Positions 33,163-43,178 of a stretch of DNA of 64,000 nt are shown in pieces. The notes below the pieces were generated by a model. It was not told the origin of the DNA. It worked only from the letters and a program-made list of their open reading frames with translations, and made no database searches. Both the position numbers and the translations under genes were made by a program. Each line of letters begins with the position of its first letter. Within the stretch, counting starts at the first letter, position 1. Source of the stretch: Longimicrobiales bacterium (GTDB lineage Bacteria > Gemmatimonadota > Gemmatimonadetes > Longimicrobiales > Gaopeijiaceae); assembly GCA_965116905.1 (NCBI GenBank), contig OZ220732.1:4032001-4096000 (forward strand), in the 5' to 3' direction.

Positions 33163-35598
33163 TCACTCACGCGCCGATGCCCGTGCTTCCCTCATCCGGA
33201 AGGCGTCGCTGCCCACGACGCCCAGGATGAACGAAGACATCCGGTAGCCGTCTTCCGCCGCGGCGTTGGCGATAGCGCGCACGGCCGGCTGGTCCCGGTA
33301 GTCGATCGAGCGCCCGAGCGCGTATGCCATGAGGTTCTGGGTGAAGTTGCGCACCAGCGGAATCGGGCGCTTCAGCAGCACCTCCGACAGGTCGCGCGCG
33401 CTGGCGATGGATGTCCCGTCGTAGTACGTGCCGCGGGTGTCCAGCTCCGCTCCCTGCTCCCGAACGCGCCAGCGCCCGGTGACGTCGAAGTTGTCGAGCG
33501 CCAGCCCGATCGGGTCGATGAAGTTGTGGCACGACGAGCACGCCGGGTTGGCGCGATGCTCCTCGAGCCGTTCCCGCGTCGTGCGGATCCGGCCGTCCCG
33601 GGCGCTCTCCGTCTCCTCCAGCTCCGGGATGTCCGGGGGCGGGGGCGGTGGAGGGGCCCCCATCAGCACTTCCATGACCCACTTGCCGCGCAGCACCGGA
33701 GACGTGCGGTTCCCCAGCGATGTCTGCACCAGCATGCTCCCGTGCCCGAGAACGCCGCGCCGCCGGTCGTCGGGGTAGCGGACTCGCCGGAACGCTTCGC
33801 CGCGCACGCCATCGATACCGTAGTGCCGGGCGAGCCGCTCGTTCGCGAAGGTGTAGTCCGCGCCGTACAACTCGATGAGACTGCGGTCCTCGCGGACGAG
33901 GTCGAGGAAGAAGAGCTCGGTCTCCCGCCGCATGGCCTCGGCAAGCTGACGGCTGTAGTTGGGGAACCGGAAGGCGTCGGGCTCGACGTTTTCGACGTCC
34001 TGCAGGCGCAGCCACATCGCGGCAAACCGCGTCGCCAGCGCTTCGGCGCGCGGGTCCGCGAGCATGCGCCGTGCCTGCGCTTCGAGAACGGACGCGTCCT
34101 CGAGCGCGCCATCGCGTGCCGCCTCCGCAAGCTCCCGGTCCGGCGTGCTGCCCCACAGGAAGAAGGACAGGCGCGCCGCCAGGTCCTCGCCCGCGAGCGC
34201 ATACGACTCCCCCGGCTCGACACCGCCCGGCTCGCGCTCCATGCGGAACAGGAAGTGGGGACTCGAGAGAATCGCCTCCAGCGCGGTCCGGATCCCGGTT
34301 TCGAAGCCGCCATCCTCCGCGCCGAGCTCGTAGAAGTCGACGAGATCGCCGAGTTCGTCACGATCAAGGTCGCGGCCGTAGGCGCGGGCGGCCAGCCGCG
34401 ACAGGATCTGCTCGGCGCACGGCCGCTCTTCGGCGCGATCGGTGGGCCGGCAGGTGAAAACACGCCGCCGCGCCTCGAAGTCCGACACGCCCGTGGGGTT
34501 GTGCGGACCCTCCAGGGTCAGGCTCATGAGGTGGGGGACCGAGGTCGTGCCGTAGCTGGTCTCCGTTCCCGTGAGCGACCAGTCGTGGGGCCGGATCAGG
34601 TCTTCATACGGTCCGTCCATCTGGCGCACGAAGGCCGCCGTCACGCGATGCTCCCCGGCGCGCACCAGCACGGGGTCGGTGCGGAAGGGGAAGTCCTTGC
34701 GCCCCTGGAAGTCGATGTCCCCCCCGTAGCGGAGCAGCGCCACCCGCTCGCCGTCGATCGAGATGTCGATGTCGTGGAAGCGCTCGCCCCATCCGGACAT
34801 GAAGGACATCTCGAAGGTGTACTCGCCGTCCGCCGGGAAGGAGTGGAGGACGCTGATCCCGCCCCGGGTGCCGAACGGCGCCCCTTCCACGCGTTCCCAC
34901 TCGTGCTGGGAGACGGTCGGCGGGTTGGTGTACGTGACCGAGGACGCCGCCGCGTCGCGGTCGCCGACGGCGCGCCGCGCGATCTCGCTCGCCGCGTTCA
35001 GGTACGCGTCCATCAGGGTGGCCGACAGCGTCTGGGCATCGGCGTTGTTGTCGAAGCCCGCCGTGATCCGGTCCTGCGGCAGCCACTCCGCGGGGTCGAT
35101 GGTGAGCCCGAACAGGTCGTACACGACCCGCGCGTACTCGGCGCGATTCAGGCGCTGGAAGGGCCGGGTGCCGGGCCGGGGACTGTCGGCGGCCGCATCG
35201 TCGATCACCTCCTCCATGAGGCCCGCCAGCGCGGACAGCGTGTCGCCGGCCGGCCTGCGAACACCCGGTGGCGGCATCATGCCGGCGCGCAGCTTGCGGA
35301 TCATGCGCTCCGCGGTCTCGGCGTTCTCGTCCGCGCGGGTGACGTCGAAGCCCTCGAGCGTCAGGTTGCCCAGGAGCCGGCGTTCGTTGTGGCACCGAGT
35401 ACAGTAGCGTTCGACGACCTCGGCAAGCGCCGCGGGGTCGGAAGCGGAGAGCGGCCGCACGGGCGCGGCGGGTACTGGAGCGGGTCCCTCGAGCGTCTGC
35501 GGAGATCCGGCGAGCGAATGCACCGCAACGGGTGTCGCGTACGTCCCCGCTACCAGGGTGGCGCCGCCCAGAGCGGCGAGAAGGAAGGCCTTCTTCAT
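33163..35598 (-). CDS. DUF1592/DUF1588/DUF1587/DUF1585/DUF1595 multi-domain c-type cytochrome-like protein
   Basis: YCTRCH and CSSCH heme motifs, KLRAGMMPP, RLNRAEY, RLSFFLWGS.PD, RTSPVLRGKW and YALGR. Confidence 0.88.
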   Translation of the reverse strand: MKKAFLLAALGGATLVAGTYATPVAVHSLAGSPQTLEGPAPVPAAPVRPLSASDPAALAEVVERYCTRCHNERRLLGNLTLEGFDVTRADENAETAERMIRKLRAGMMPPPGVRRPAGDTLSALAGLMEEVIDDAAADSPRPGTRPFQRLNRAEYARVVYDLFGLTIDPAEWLPQDRITAGFDNNADAQTLSATLMDAYLNAASEIARRAVGDRDAAASSVTYTNPPTVSQHEWERVEGAPFGTRGGISVLHSFPADGEYTFEMSFMSGWGERFHDIDISIDGERVALLRYGGDIDFQGRKDFPFRTDPVLVRAGEHRVTAAFVRQMDGPYEDLIRPHDWSLTGTETSYGTTSVPHLMSLTLEGPHNPTGVSDFEARRRVFTCRPTDRAEERPCAEQILSRLAARAYGRDLDRDELGDLVDFYELGAEDGGFETGIRTALEAILSSPHFLFRMEREPGGVEPGESYALAGEDLAARLSFFLWGSTPDRELAEAARDGALEDASVLEAQARRMLADPRAEALATRFAAMWLRLQDVENVEPDAFRFPNYSRQLAEAMRRETELFFLDLVREDRSLIELYGADYTFANERLARHYGIDGVRGEAFRRVRYPDDRRRGVLGHGSMLVQTSLGNRTSPVLRGKWVMEVLMGAPPPPPPPDIPELEETESARDGRIRTTRERLEEHRANPACSSCHNFIDPIGLALDNFDVTGRWRVREQGAELDTRGTYYDGTSIASARDLSEVLLKRPIPLVRNFTQNLMAYALGRSIDYRDQPAVRAIANAAAEDGYRMSSFILGVVGSDAFRMREARASARE

Positions 35599-35944
35599 TC
35601 GCGTTCGTCCCAGCGGCGTGTTCGGGGGCCCTTGACCCTGCCAAGGTAGAAACCCCGACCTGACCTGTCCATTGTCGCCCTGACCGGCAGCCGAGCGCCC
35701 TGGGGGCGGTGATGAGGCGCATCCTGGGGCACCCCCGCGCGAACCAACAGAGACGGTGTCCTGACGCCGGACGAGGAAACAGCTCTGCACGACTTCTTCG
35801 AGGCCCTGCGCGGAATCGACCGAAGACTGGGACGAGGAGTGGCGGACGGGCTAAAGCTGTCCTGCGCGCGGCTGCTGGAGGCGCCCGACGGCGGGAGCGG
35901 CTGAGCGGCACCGAACCATCCGGACGGAGCCAGGCGTCAACGCG

Positions 35945-38900
35945 TCACCGCTCAAGGCGTGCCGCGGCCGTGCCGGCCAGTGCAAGCGCCCGCATCGCCA
36001 ACCGCCATTCCAGGACGGGAGGGGCGTCGGCACGTGGGCGAACCGCTTCCTGACGGTCGGACATGAATGCGGAAACTGCGTCGTCCAGCGCCACACCCGG
36101 ATTGCCGCCGACGATCTCGAGAGCGGCGATTGCGAGAAGATCGCCGATGGCCGCAGCGGTCTCCGACCCGTTGCCCATCGTTCCCGCAACGGCCTCGAAA
36201 GCCTGCAGCGCCGTGCGACGGTCGTCCGCCAGCGTGGCCACCACACCGAGCAGATACCTCACCAGGCGCTCGTCCGGCTCGAAGGGCCGTCCCTGCCCGA
36301 GCGACTCGGGCCACAGCAGCGCGGCCTCGAGGTGGCTGCGCGCCGCCGCGTGATTGCTCGCGTCGATCTCATCGAGCGCCGTGCCGACATGCGCGAGTTC
36401 GTACAGATGGTGGCTCTCGCGTGCGTTTTCGGAGGGAAGGACGTGCGTGCCGGCAAGGATGTCGATGGCCTCGCGGTAGCCGCCCAGATTGAGCAGCGCG
36501 CGGACCTGCAGGAGGGCCAGGTTGAAGTCGTCCGGGAAGATCTCGCGGGCCCGGGCCGACGACTCCAGCGCGGCCGCCCAGCGCCCTTCGCCCTGCAGGT
36601 AGCGAATCAACGCGACCCGCAGGATCCGATCTTCCGGGGCCAGCTCGACCGCGCGTGTGAAGTCGAGCCCAGGGTCGCGGTCGTCCACCTCGCGAAGCAG
36701 GTGGCCACGCGCGGCGTACGCCGGGCCATGCGTGGGTTCGGCCCCGAGCAGCTCGAGCGCCAGGGCCGCTTCCGACTTGCGGTCCAGGGCCCACAGGTTG
36801 AGGCCGAGCAGGTATCGCCAGCCCCAGTGGCTGTCGTGGCGCGCGGCCCAGCGCAAGACGGGAAGGGTCTCGACGCGGAAGGGAAAGGCGTACGCCAGGT
36901 CACCCGGTTCACCGAGCAATGCCGGGTCGTCCGCCAGAAACGCCCGCCAAGCGTGAATCAGCGGCATCGCGGCGCCCACCCGTAGCTCTTCGCCAGCCCC
37001 TGGACCCTCGCCTCCGCCGGCCAACTGCGGCCAGGACCGCCCCCACCTGGCATTCGCGGCCACATCCAGGACGGACATCGCATCCTCGTCGAGCCCCCAG
37101 CCGGCATAGCCCACCGCAAGCTCCAGGAGGGACTGGTCCGGGTATTCGCTCTGCATCGCGGCGGTCAGCGCGGCCGCGTTGTCGGCGGTCGCGTCCGCGA
37201 GGTAGCGCTCCGCCAGCACGAAGTGGTGCAGCGGATCGATCTCCAGCAGGGCATCATGCGCCTCCCTGGCCGCCGCCGGGTCGCCCGAGAGCCGGCCGAG
37301 CACCGCGAGCAGCTGCCAGGCAGGCACGCTGTTGCGGTCGAAGTCGAGCGCCATCCGTGCGTACCTCCCGGCCTCCCCCCACTCCCCCGCCCCGGTCATG
37401 ATCTCGGCCAGGCGCACGTTCGCCGCGGTCCGGAACGCCACCGCGCGGGCCGCCCACCCGAAGGCCTCACGGGCGTCCACGTCACGCCCCAGGGCCCGGT
37501 AGAGGTTCCCGGCCATGAAGTTCGCCGCCGCGTCGTACGTGTCGAGCTGCAGCGCACGGCGGGCGTGCTCCAGTCCCTCCTCGTAGCGCGCCGACCTCAG
37601 GTCCAGATCGGCCATTCCCAGCAGCGCACCCCGATTCCAAGGCTCCAGCGCGGCCGCCGCCTCGAACAGCCCGCGCGCCTGCCCATATCGCCGCCCCTTC
37701 GCCAGCTCCCGTCCCTGGAAGACGAGCCGGTCCGCTTCGGGCAAGCGCTCCCAGGCCTCGGAATCCATCTCGAAGGGACGATCCAGCGCCAGGACCGCAG
37801 GGTCCGACGAGTAGTCCAGGTCCAGCACGGGCAGCACCACCCGGTACGCGCGCCCGGCGTCGATCCCGAAGCTCGTCCGGAACGGCTCCAGCGCGGTCAG
37901 ATCGACGGGCTCGGCCGCGACCAGTTCGTCGCCCGACCATACCCGCACCGTGTCCGTCACGTCGCCGAACGCCTGCACCGTCACGGCAACGCTCGCCCCG
38001 CCATCCTCGAGCACCACGTGCATCGCCCCCTCGCGCGATGCGTCGGTGAGGCCGCCCGTCCCCTCCAGCGGGAACCAGGTTTCGGTCCACACGCTCGCCG
38101 AAATGGGATCGAAAGCGGCCTGGGTGACCGGGTTCACATGGTCGCCCGGCTGGTACTGGACCAGGAGTCGTCCCGCCTGGAACTCCACGTACTGGCCGTC
38201 GGTGTCGGTCAGGAGGTCTTCCCAGATCCCGCCGTCACGCGCCAGCGACCAGAGCCACATCTTCTGCCCCGGCATGTCCTCGTAGCGGGCCCAGTGCCCC
38301 CAGCCGTAGTCGTCGTCGTGGTAGTAGCCGCCGAAGAAGTCGTTCAGCTCGCCGACCACGTGATACGACTTGTTGCCGCCGAACGCGTTGTTCCGGTACA
38401 GCGGCAGGAAGCGGCCCGCCTCGTCGACGGGCCACGGACGCTCGCGCCCCGAATGCTCCAGGTAGGAGCCCCCGGGCACGAAGAGCTCGAGGTCGTCCTG
38501 CGCGAACGCCGCCGCGGTCATCCAGTTGTAGTACGGCTGCTCGAGGGGCGTCGGATTGTACCACAGCGCGTGGGTCTCGAAGTAGGCCTTGTCCGCGGGC
38601 AGCCGGATCTCGACCCGCCAGTGCGTCCGCGAGGGCAGGTCCATGGCACCCACGAAGGTGCTCACGCTCCCGTCCGCGTTTTCGCGCACCGTGTAGTCGA
38701 CCGGCGTGGCGGTAGCCGGGGTGTGGCCGATGACGCCGAAATTGAACTCGACGCCGCCCGAGGTCCACGGTCCGCGCAGCGCGATGTCGCGGAATTTCAT
38801 GACCTCGTTGCGGTAGATGAACTCGTGCCCCGTCTCCTTCACCACCGCGCCCCACACCTTCCCGCCCGCCTCGGGAAGGACGAACACCTCGATCAGGTCG

Positions 38901-39235
38901 TTCTCCATCCTCACGACCTTCCATTCCCGGGGCTCGGAGGTCGGCGAGTAGCCGCGGAAGGCGTGATAGGGATACAGCCGCGGATCGCCGGCCAGGATCG
39001 GGATGGGGTCGGGGTCGGAGAACGGATAGGTGTCGAGCACGCGGACTTCCTCCGAAATGCGTGCCTGGGCCGCAGCCTGCTGCACCCCGGTGGAGGCCTG
39101 GTGCACCCCGGCCGCCGCCTGCTGCACCCCGCCGGCCGCCGATGCCGAGCCCGCGAGCCCGGCCGCCGACAGAACCAGCCCGCACGCGCCGGCGCAACGC
39201 CCGCGGATCGCGGAAAACCGTCGGATCATACTCAT
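35945..39235 (-). CDS. DUF5107 domain + TPR-repeat protein
   Basis: Signal peptide; VLPEAGGKVWG, WTSGGVEFNFG and GQKMWLW...YVEFQAG; multiple TPR-like helices in the C-terminal half. Confidence 0.8.
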   Translation of the reverse strand: MSMIRRFSAIRGRCAGACGLVLSAAGLAGSASAAGGVQQAAAGVHQASTGVQQAAAQARISEEVRVLDTYPFSDPDPIPILAGDPRLYPYHAFRGYSPTSEPREWKVVRMENDLIEVFVLPEAGGKVWGAVVKETGHEFIYRNEVMKFRDIALRGPWTSGGVEFNFGVIGHTPATATPVDYTVRENADGSVSTFVGAMDLPSRTHWRVEIRLPADKAYFETHALWYNPTPLEQPYYNWMTAAAFAQDDLELFVPGGSYLEHSGRERPWPVDEAGRFLPLYRNNAFGGNKSYHVVGELNDFFGGYYHDDDYGWGHWARYEDMPGQKMWLWSLARDGGIWEDLLTDTDGQYVEFQAGRLLVQYQPGDHVNPVTQAAFDPISASVWTETWFPLEGTGGLTDASREGAMHVVLEDGGASVAVTVQAFGDVTDTVRVWSGDELVAAEPVDLTALEPFRTSFGIDAGRAYRVVLPVLDLDYSSDPAVLALDRPFEMDSEAWERLPEADRLVFQGRELAKGRRYGQARGLFEAAAALEPWNRGALLGMADLDLRSARYEEGLEHARRALQLDTYDAAANFMAGNLYRALGRDVDAREAFGWAARAVAFRTAANVRLAEIMTGAGEWGEAGRYARMALDFDRNSVPAWQLLAVLGRLSGDPAAAREAHDALLEIDPLHHFVLAERYLADATADNAAALTAAMQSEYPDQSLLELAVGYAGWGLDEDAMSVLDVAANARWGRSWPQLAGGGEGPGAGEELRVGAAMPLIHAWRAFLADDPALLGEPGDLAYAFPFRVETLPVLRWAARHDSHWGWRYLLGLNLWALDRKSEAALALELLGAEPTHGPAYAARGHLLREVDDRDPGLDFTRAVELAPEDRILRVALIRYLQGEGRWAAALESSARAREIFPDDFNLALLQVRALLNLGGYREAIDILAGTHVLPSENARESHHLYELAHVGTALDEIDASNHAAARSHLEAALLWPESLGQGRPFEPDERLVRYLLGVVATLADDRRTALQAFEAVAGTMGNGSETAAAIGDLLAIAALEIVGGNPGVALDDAVSAFMSDRQEAVRPRADAPPVLEWRLAMRALALAGTAAARLER

Positions 39236-39273
39236 ATCGTACTCATCTGATACTCATCTCAGCCCTCCAGCCC

Positions 39274-41682
39274 TCAGCCCGGTGGCGGCTGAATCTGGTA
39301 GTCCGGCGGCGGATCCATCCCCATGAGGTGTTCCACGAAGTAGTCCCAGCGGCGCCGGATCACGTAGGGCTCCGAGAGGCCGTGCGCCCGGTCCGGCAGG
39401 ATCAGGAAGTCGAAGGTCTTGTTGGCCGCGATCAGCGCGTTGGCGACCTGCAGCGTCATCGCGGGATGCACGTTGTCGTCCATGTCCCCCGTCATGAGGA
39501 AGAGCTTGCCCTTGAGGTTGCCCGCCAGCGACGCGTTCACCTGGTTCGCGTAGTTGTCGGTCCCCTTGATCGTGTCGCGTACCAGCAGGCCCTGGTACTT
39601 CTCGGCGTACGCGGCGTGGTAGCTGCGGTTGTCGTGATTGCCGGCGGTGGACACGGCGACCTTGTAGAAGTCCGGGTAGCGGAGGATCGCGTCGGTCGAG
39701 GCGAACCCGCCGCCGGAATGCCCGTAGATGCCCACCCGCTCCAGGTCGATCCAGGGGTGGCGGGCGCCCAGCTGCTTGACGCCCGCGATGTGATCGGGGA
39801 TCCCGTTGTCGCCCATGTTGCCCCAGTAGTTGTCCTGGATGGCCTTCGAGCGGTAGGGGGTCCCCAGGTGGTCCATCTGCACCACGATGAACCCGAGTTC
39901 GGCCAGCGCGTCCTGGTCGCCGCGCAGCGCGGAGCCCAGCAGCCCTCCGGTGAAATTCCACCGTCCCACGCTACCGATGAACGGACCCGGGTAGATGTAT
40001 TCCACGACCGGATAGACCTTCTCGGGGTCGAAGTCGGAGGGCTTGTAGATCAGCCCGTACATGCTCGTCACGCCGTCGCGGGCCTTGTATTCGAAGACTT
40101 CGGGCGCTGACCACCCCACCTCCTCGAGGCGTGAGACGTCCGCGGTCTCCAGTTCGAGGACCACGCGGCCGTTGCGGTCCCGCACCACGCTGACCGGCGG
40201 GAGGTCGGGCCGCGACCAGGAGTCGACGAAGTAGCGGCCGTCGGGGCTGGCGCTCACCGTGTGGTCCGCGTCCTCGCCGCCGAGATGGGTCAGTCCCGAG
40301 CCGTCCAGGTTGACCGTGTACAGGTCGGCCATGGTGGGGATGCGTCCCGGTTCTCTGCCCCGCGCCGTGAAGACGATGCGCCCGGTGGCTTCGTCGATGT
40401 CGAGTATGTCGCCGAAGGTCCATGCGCCTTCCGTGATGCGGTTCCGCAGTTCGCCGTTGCCGTCGAACCGGTACAGGTGCCCCCAGCCGTCCCGCTCCGA
40501 GAACCAGATCACGTCGTCGCCGCCGTTGATGACGTCCCAGTTGGGGTAGCCGCCGATCAGGTCGAGGTTGAGTTCGACGTGCGTGGCGCGGGTCTCCTCG
40601 ATGATCGTGCGAGCCGCGCCCGTCTCCAGGTCGGCCTCGTACAGCGTGACGCTCTTGCCGCCCCGGGATCCCCGCACGTAGTACAGGCGCTCTCCGCCCT
40701 CCTTCCACTTCACCGTCACCCAGGTGGAATCCCGCATGCCCGTGGCGGTGAAGGTCATGTACGGTTGCGGATCGGTCTGTAGCTTGAGGTTGCCGCCATC
40801 TTCCACGTCGATCACGTGGATGTCGAAGGTCCCGATGATCGAGTCCCCCGGGAGCCCGTACGGGTAGGTGTAGAGCTTGGGCCGCTGGGGGGTGGAGGAG
40901 ATGATCGGCATCCGCTCCACGTTGCGCTCGTCCATGCGCTGGACCGCGATCCGCCGGGAGTCGGGGGACCACTGGAGGACCGGCCGTGCCGGAATCGACG
41001 CGATGATCTGCGAGGGGCGCGGAGCCGTGGTGCCGTAGGACCAGAACTCTTCCCCGTCGGTGGTCAGCTGCGTCGAGTCGCCGCCTTCGACGGAACGGAT
41101 CCACAGATTGTGCTCGTGCACGAAGGCCTCGGTGCGGCCATCCGGGGAGCGCACGAACGGAACGCGGCTGACCAGGGTGTCGCCGACCACGCAGTCGTAG
41201 GCGCGGATGTCGCAGGTGAACCCGCGCTCGTTGGCGTTGAAGCGGATGGTGCCCTCGTCGGCCGCCGCCCCGTTGGCCGCTCCCCCGTCGGCCGCTCCCC
41301 CGTCGGCCTCGCCGAACTCGAAGGTGCGAAACGGCAGCTTGCTCCCGTCGAAGGCGGTGTCCGCGGCGAGCGACATGGCAGCCGCCAGCCGGTTGTGGTC
41401 GAAGAGCAGCGTCCGTGAGCGCTGTTCCGGATCGGCCACGACGAATTCCGCCCCGGATGCCGTCTGGTTGCGGTACCAGAAGCGGCTTCCGCCCGCCATC
41501 CATGTCGGCGACACCGGGCCCCCGCTGATGAGCGGATCGACGTTCCAGGCCAGCAGGCGCTCTGCTCGGTGGTAGCGGGTGACATCCATCTGCTGGGCGG
41601 ACGCCAGGCTCGCCGTCGAACCCGGGCCTAAGGCGGCCATGAGGACGAGCGGAAGGCGGAAAGACCGGACTCTGGGCCGCAT
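39274..41682 (-). CDS. Dipeptidyl-peptidase IV-like S9B peptidase
   Basis: SERDGWGHLY propeller motif; catalytic GHSGGG, GDMDDNVH and DRAHG; AGGAG RBS before ATG 41682. Confidence 0.92.
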   Translation of the reverse strand: MRPRVRSFRLPLVLMAALGPGSTASLASAQQMDVTRYHRAERLLAWNVDPLISGGPVSPTWMAGGSRFWYRNQTASGAEFVVADPEQRSRTLLFDHNRLAAAMSLAADTAFDGSKLPFRTFEFGEADGGAADGGAANGAAADEGTIRFNANERGFTCDIRAYDCVVGDTLVSRVPFVRSPDGRTEAFVHEHNLWIRSVEGGDSTQLTTDGEEFWSYGTTAPRPSQIIASIPARPVLQWSPDSRRIAVQRMDERNVERMPIISSTPQRPKLYTYPYGLPGDSIIGTFDIHVIDVEDGGNLKLQTDPQPYMTFTATGMRDSTWVTVKWKEGGERLYYVRGSRGGKSVTLYEADLETGAARTIIEETRATHVELNLDLIGGYPNWDVINGGDDVIWFSERDGWGHLYRFDGNGELRNRITEGAWTFGDILDIDEATGRIVFTARGREPGRIPTMADLYTVNLDGSGLTHLGGEDADHTVSASPDGRYFVDSWSRPDLPPVSVVRDRNGRVVLELETADVSRLEEVGWSAPEVFEYKARDGVTSMYGLIYKPSDFDPEKVYPVVEYIYPGPFIGSVGRWNFTGGLLGSALRGDQDALAELGFIVVQMDHLGTPYRSKAIQDNYWGNMGDNGIPDHIAGVKQLGARHPWIDLERVGIYGHSGGGFASTDAILRYPDFYKVAVSTAGNHDNRSYHAAYAEKYQGLLVRDTIKGTDNYANQVNASLAGNLKGKLFLMTGDMDDNVHPAMTLQVANALIAANKTFDFLILPDRAHGLSEPYVIRRRWDYFVEHLMGMDPPPDYQIQPPPG

Positions 41683-41871
41683 TTCGGTGCTCCTGTGGAC
41701 TCGATGGGGCTTTGGACGGAACCGACAGGCCCTCGATGGACATTTCGGTGTCTCCATGCATGTATTCTCCTGTTGAAGGCGGATCGTCAAGCGGGAAGGG
41801 CGATTCGCGGGGCACCGCAGACGGACGGTCCGGCGTCGCGGGCAGCGTCACCGGGAAAGGGGGACAGGCGA

Positions 41872-42513
41872 ATGAGCAAGCACCTGTGGGGAGGATGGAC
41901 CTTCCTGGCCACCGTCGCCCTTGCGGTCTGCGGTCCCCCGGCCCACGCCCAGAACCTCGGCCGGCTCACCGGCGGCTTCGCGGGCCGGACGCAATCGGAA
42001 ATGCTCTGGAGCCCGCCGGTGGAGACTTCACTGCGCTCCGGCTTCCTGGCGGGCGCGTTCGCCGATGTCCCCACCCCTGTCTCCTGGTTGCGGATGAGGG
42101 CGGACGGCGGACTGGCCCAGCGCGGAGGCTTCGTGTCGACCGACACCCGCGGCAACCCGGTCGACGGGGAGGTGCGAGGCGACTACCTGAGCGTCCACAT
42201 CGAGGCCAAGGCGGGTGTGTCGCTCGGGCCCGCGCATGTGTTCGCGGCGGCGGGACCCGTCATCGACTACCTGTTGCGCAACCGGGAGGATCCCGTGCTG
42301 GCGCAGGTGTTCACGGAGGAGCGCGGAACGGTTCTGGGCGTCGCGGCGGGAGCCGGCCTCGGCGTGCGCGTGATGCGCGCCTGGGTGATCGAGGCGGAAG
42401 CGCGCTGGGTGAGAGGGCTGAGCGAGGCATACTCGGGCTCGGGCCTGCAGGTGCGGAACCGGTCGCGGGAGTGGGTCGTGCGCCTCTCGCGCGTGGCCGG
42501 GGACTCCGGGTGA
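41872..42513 (+). CDS. Outer-membrane beta-barrel (PorT/OmpA-like) protein
   Basis: Signal peptide ending AHA-Q; amphipathic strands (GFLAGAF, DYLSV, AGPVIDYLL, EARWVRGL). Confidence 0.6.
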   Translation: MSKHLWGGWTFLATVALAVCGPPAHAQNLGRLTGGFAGRTQSEMLWSPPVETSLRSGFLAGAFADVPTPVSWLRMRADGGLAQRGGFVSTDTRGNPVDGEVRGDYLSVHIEAKAGVSLGPAHVFAAAGPVIDYLLRNREDPVLAQVFTEERGTVLGVAAGAGLGVRVMRAWVIEAEARWVRGLSEAYSGSGLQVRNRSREWVVRLSRVAGDSG

Positions 42514-42519
42514 CTGCCA

Positions 42520-42542
42520 TTGACATGCAACCGTTTAGTTGC
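42520..42542 (+). promoter_or_regulatory. TTGACA -35 box adjoining a GCAAC-N6-GTTGC operator-like palindrome
   Basis: TTGACA at 42520-42525; GCAAC at 42527-42531 and GTTGC at 42538-42542, upstream of the SRPBCC gene. Confidence 0.55.
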
Positions 42543-42574
42543 TGCGATTCCACCTGCACGGAGAGGACTGACAG

Positions 42575-42988
42575 ATGAGCGAGCGCATGGTCGAGAAAGT
42601 GCTGGAACTCGACGTTCCGGTGGAGCGCGTGTGGCGTGCGATCACGGATCCAGGCGAGTTGGCGCGCTGGTTCGGGGACGAAGCCGAGGTCGACCTGCGG
42701 CCAGGGGGCGACGCGGCCATGATCTGGGAAAACCACGGCCGCTATGCGATGCGCATCGAAACGGTCGATCCGCCGCGACGGCTGGTCTGGAGCTGGCTAC
42801 ACGAGCCGGGTGCGGCCTTCGAGGAGGCCTCCGCGACCCGGGTCCAGTGGACGCTGACGCCGCGCGACGACGGCGGCACCACGCTGCACCTGCTCGAAAC
42901 CGGCTTCAGGACCGATCTGCACCGCGGACAGAACGACGAGGGATGGGACGCGGAGCTGGGCGAGCTGGCTCAGCTGCTGCGAGGTTAG
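42575..42988 (+). CDS. SRPBCC/AHSA1 (START-like) domain protein
   Basis: PVERVWRAITDP..LARWF, VDPPRRLVWSW, GGTTLHLLETGF and GW. Confidence 0.88.
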   Translation: MSERMVEKVLELDVPVERVWRAITDPGELARWFGDEAEVDLRPGGDAAMIWENHGRYAMRIETVDPPRRLVWSWLHEPGAAFEEASATRVQWTLTPRDDGGTTLHLLETGFRTDLHRGQNDEGWDAELGELAQLLRG

Positions 42989-43178
42989 CCGCGGGCAGAC
43001 CGGCCTTGTGGGTGGGGATGCGCGGACGCGAAGAGAGTTTCAGCTGAAACGCTTCCGCCCACTTCGGTCCGCTGGGATCGGATCATGCGGGCGCACGTGC
43101 TAGGGCACCGGGGTTTTCCTCCACCGGTTGCCAGCCTTACCTTCCGCAACGCTCGGTCACCCCTTATGAAGAGGCAGC

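Noticed and set aside
35640..35940. Small gene or ncRNA in the ~340-bp gap (short frame ...VLTPDEETALHDFFEALRGIDRRLG*)
   Set aside because: No convincing start, RBS or recognisable RNA structure; it may be a gene remnant but I cannot support that.
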